The notes under the pieces: generated by a model | What the model saw: only the letters and a program-made list of their open reading frames with translations | What the model was told of the DNA's origin: nothing | The model's database searches: none | Shown here: piece by piece, positions 61,936 to 64,000 of the stretch | Layout: every line of letters starts with the position of its first letter | How positions within the stretch are numbered: the first letter of the stretch is position 1 | Made by a program: the position numbers and the translations under genes | Source: Laetmonice hystrix | Taxonomy: Eukaryota | Assembly: GCA_965235115.1 (NCBI GenBank) | Contig: OZ249436.1 | Location: 1,676,001-1,740,000, forward strand | DNA: 64,000 nucleotides | Reading direction: 5' to 3'

Positions 61936-63749
61936 CAGCCTCGCTTCTTTTATCTTACGTATACCTTATTTTAGGGAGGTATACGCTCATCAAAGCCTCT
62001 CTATTTAATTGGTGGGTCTTTTTTCACTATTTCCCATGTGAACAGGTGGTGCCATAAAAAGTACCAGGATATGTGCCTATATGTTAACGTCCTTGACGTT
62101 AGGGCGTAGATCTACCTGCCCAGCTACTTCCACTGTTTCTCTGAATGCTTAGGGTCACGTGGCTTGCTGCCAAGGCAACTCTGGAAAGCAGACGAGACTG
62201 AAGGATTGTCTGGTGGTTGTAGGTAGAGTTGGCTGCTCTCCCGTCAGGCGAGATTAGACAATTGGACAGGGCTCTATGCTAAACATGGCCAGAGCACATA
62301 ACTACATGGTTTACTCTAGTAATGTCCCGTACCAGGTACAAAATGTGTAGTCATCAGATAATGGGGTGAATAAATTCTTCATCACTCCGTTCTCTTGATG
62401 AGTAAAACTGAACTACAACTTCAATAATGGCCACCAAATAGATATACAATACCAATCAAATATCTGTGATGACATAATCATTTTAGCCTTTGACCCATGT
62501 TTAACTAAAAGATAGCGGTCATATCTGTAGGAAAGTGGCTAGATGGAAGTCTGAAAAATAAACTCAAAAGTTCGCCATGGACTTAGATATCTATCTCATT
62601 AGCGTCCAAACTAATATTGGAGACCAAACCTGATTTCACCATTGCTCAGACGTTTAATGCCCACAGATGACTGACTACAGTTTGGCGCTGGACTCAGGAG
62701 TTTATTGAGATTATTAAAGCTAATTCTGATCAGAATTCCGATTTAAAAAGCCATCATGGCAGCAGCTGGCTAAACTACGTCAGCCGATGAATATGCCCCC
62801 TATCGTTAAACCCGAGAAATACCTACAACGCCCTCTATTGGCATTAAAAGGCCTTGTCTGTCGACAATCCGTATTTCTATGCCCAGATTATTGCCCTATA
62901 TACATGGGAGGTCTCACATGTGTTTCAATCTTTACAGGTTGAATCTAGAACATCAAAGCTCTACTAATAAATGTGTCCCACAATAAAGTGTCCGTGTAAA
63001 GTAAAGCGGTAGAAGTGAGAAATGTTAATGTAAAGTCGACCTATACCAGACGTTCCTGTACCGAGTTATCTGTGTTTTATCCCCAACCATGGCGGGGGTT
63101 CACGTTATTCTGTCAACCTCAATTGTCAGTTGATGTATCAGGTGTTGATAGATGGCGCTCCCAACACTGCCGTCGCGCTTTGTTACATTTCACTTTCGGA
63201 ATATTTATCCAACAAAGCATGGATATCATAAATATTCCATGTACATTTCAAACAGCGTATCCTAATATTATATGCCACAACATGTGCGAGTTTTCGTCTT
63301 TCATCTGTAGCTGATTAATGGGGATTAAGGTTCGTAGATTATTCTTGTCTAATGAGTTCTCTAATGGACGCTCTCGTCATATATGTGGTTATACACATAG
63401 AACATGTTTCCCACGGGGAGCATTACCCCTGTCATCCCATTGAAAACATAATGTCATTTTGAAAAGCTTCCAAGTTTTCTTTATAATGAATGGTCCCCCG
63501 ATAATACGTGGCTATACAAGATTAAATGACCGCGAAGAGTAATAGTTGGATCAGGTTACAGTTGTTGAGTGCCCGTGGTAGACGAGATGTATTCATGGTG
63601 ACGAGAGGAAACAGTACGGAGTACGAGAGGAGCGGCAAACTTTTCCCCTGTGATGAAACCAATGGTGATAGTTTTTAATGTCTTTCAAGAATGTCAAAGG
63701 TGGCTACTACGTGATTCACATAAAGATATCGTTATGTGAACGACCTAAA

Positions 63750-63837
63750 GCTCTCTCTCTCTCTTTCTCTCTCTCTCTCTTTCTCTCTCTCTCTCCCTCC
63801 CTCTCTCTCTCTCTCCCCCTCTCTCTCTCTCTCCCTC

Positions 63838-63881
<44 letters not shown>

Positions 63882-63917
63882 GCTGAAGCTCTCTCTCTCT
63901 CTCTCTGAAGCTCTCTC

Positions 63918-63950
<33 letters not shown>

Positions 63951-64000
63951 GAAGCTCAAGCTCTCTCGCGCGCTCTCTCTCGCTCTCTATCTCTCTCTAT
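63750..64000. repeat. (CT)n microsatellite with interspersed GAAG, running off the window end
   Basis: Dinucleotide tract. Confidence 0.97.

Overview
This window is gene-poor, repeat-rich eukaryotic DNA, most likely from a bilaterian invertebrate. That assignment is an inference from (CCCTAA)-like repeats, LINE tails, MITEs, CTCF-like motifs and abundant CpG. I cannot support any complete protein-coding gene. Every long ORF in the track is a by-product of a tandem repeat or microsatellite. By my tally about 30 kb (roughly 45-47%) is tandem repeat: more than 25 minisatellite arrays with units of about 27-68 bp, nearly all unrelated to one another, plus (CT)n tracts. The largest is a 5.7 kb array of a 47-bp unit with visible higher-order structure. 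Other supported elements are a Tc1/mariner-type palindromic MITE (41.1-41.4 kb), a Harbinger-type MITE with a CAG target-site duplication (33.5-33.7 kb), one clear and one decayed 3' end of a non-LTR retrotransposon, and several strong CTCF-like motifs. The most interesting signals are: (i) array junctions carrying microhomologies or short templated insertions, suggesting that local unique DNA is repeatedly duplicated and amplified by a template-switch mechanism; (ii) a three-stage compound satellite derived from one ~32-bp ancestor; (iii) a tandem pair of ~90-nt modules whose differences fall mainly in predicted loops (candidate structured RNA). There are no CRISPR arrays, rRNA, tRNA or prokaryotic features. 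Copy numbers are approximate hand counts.
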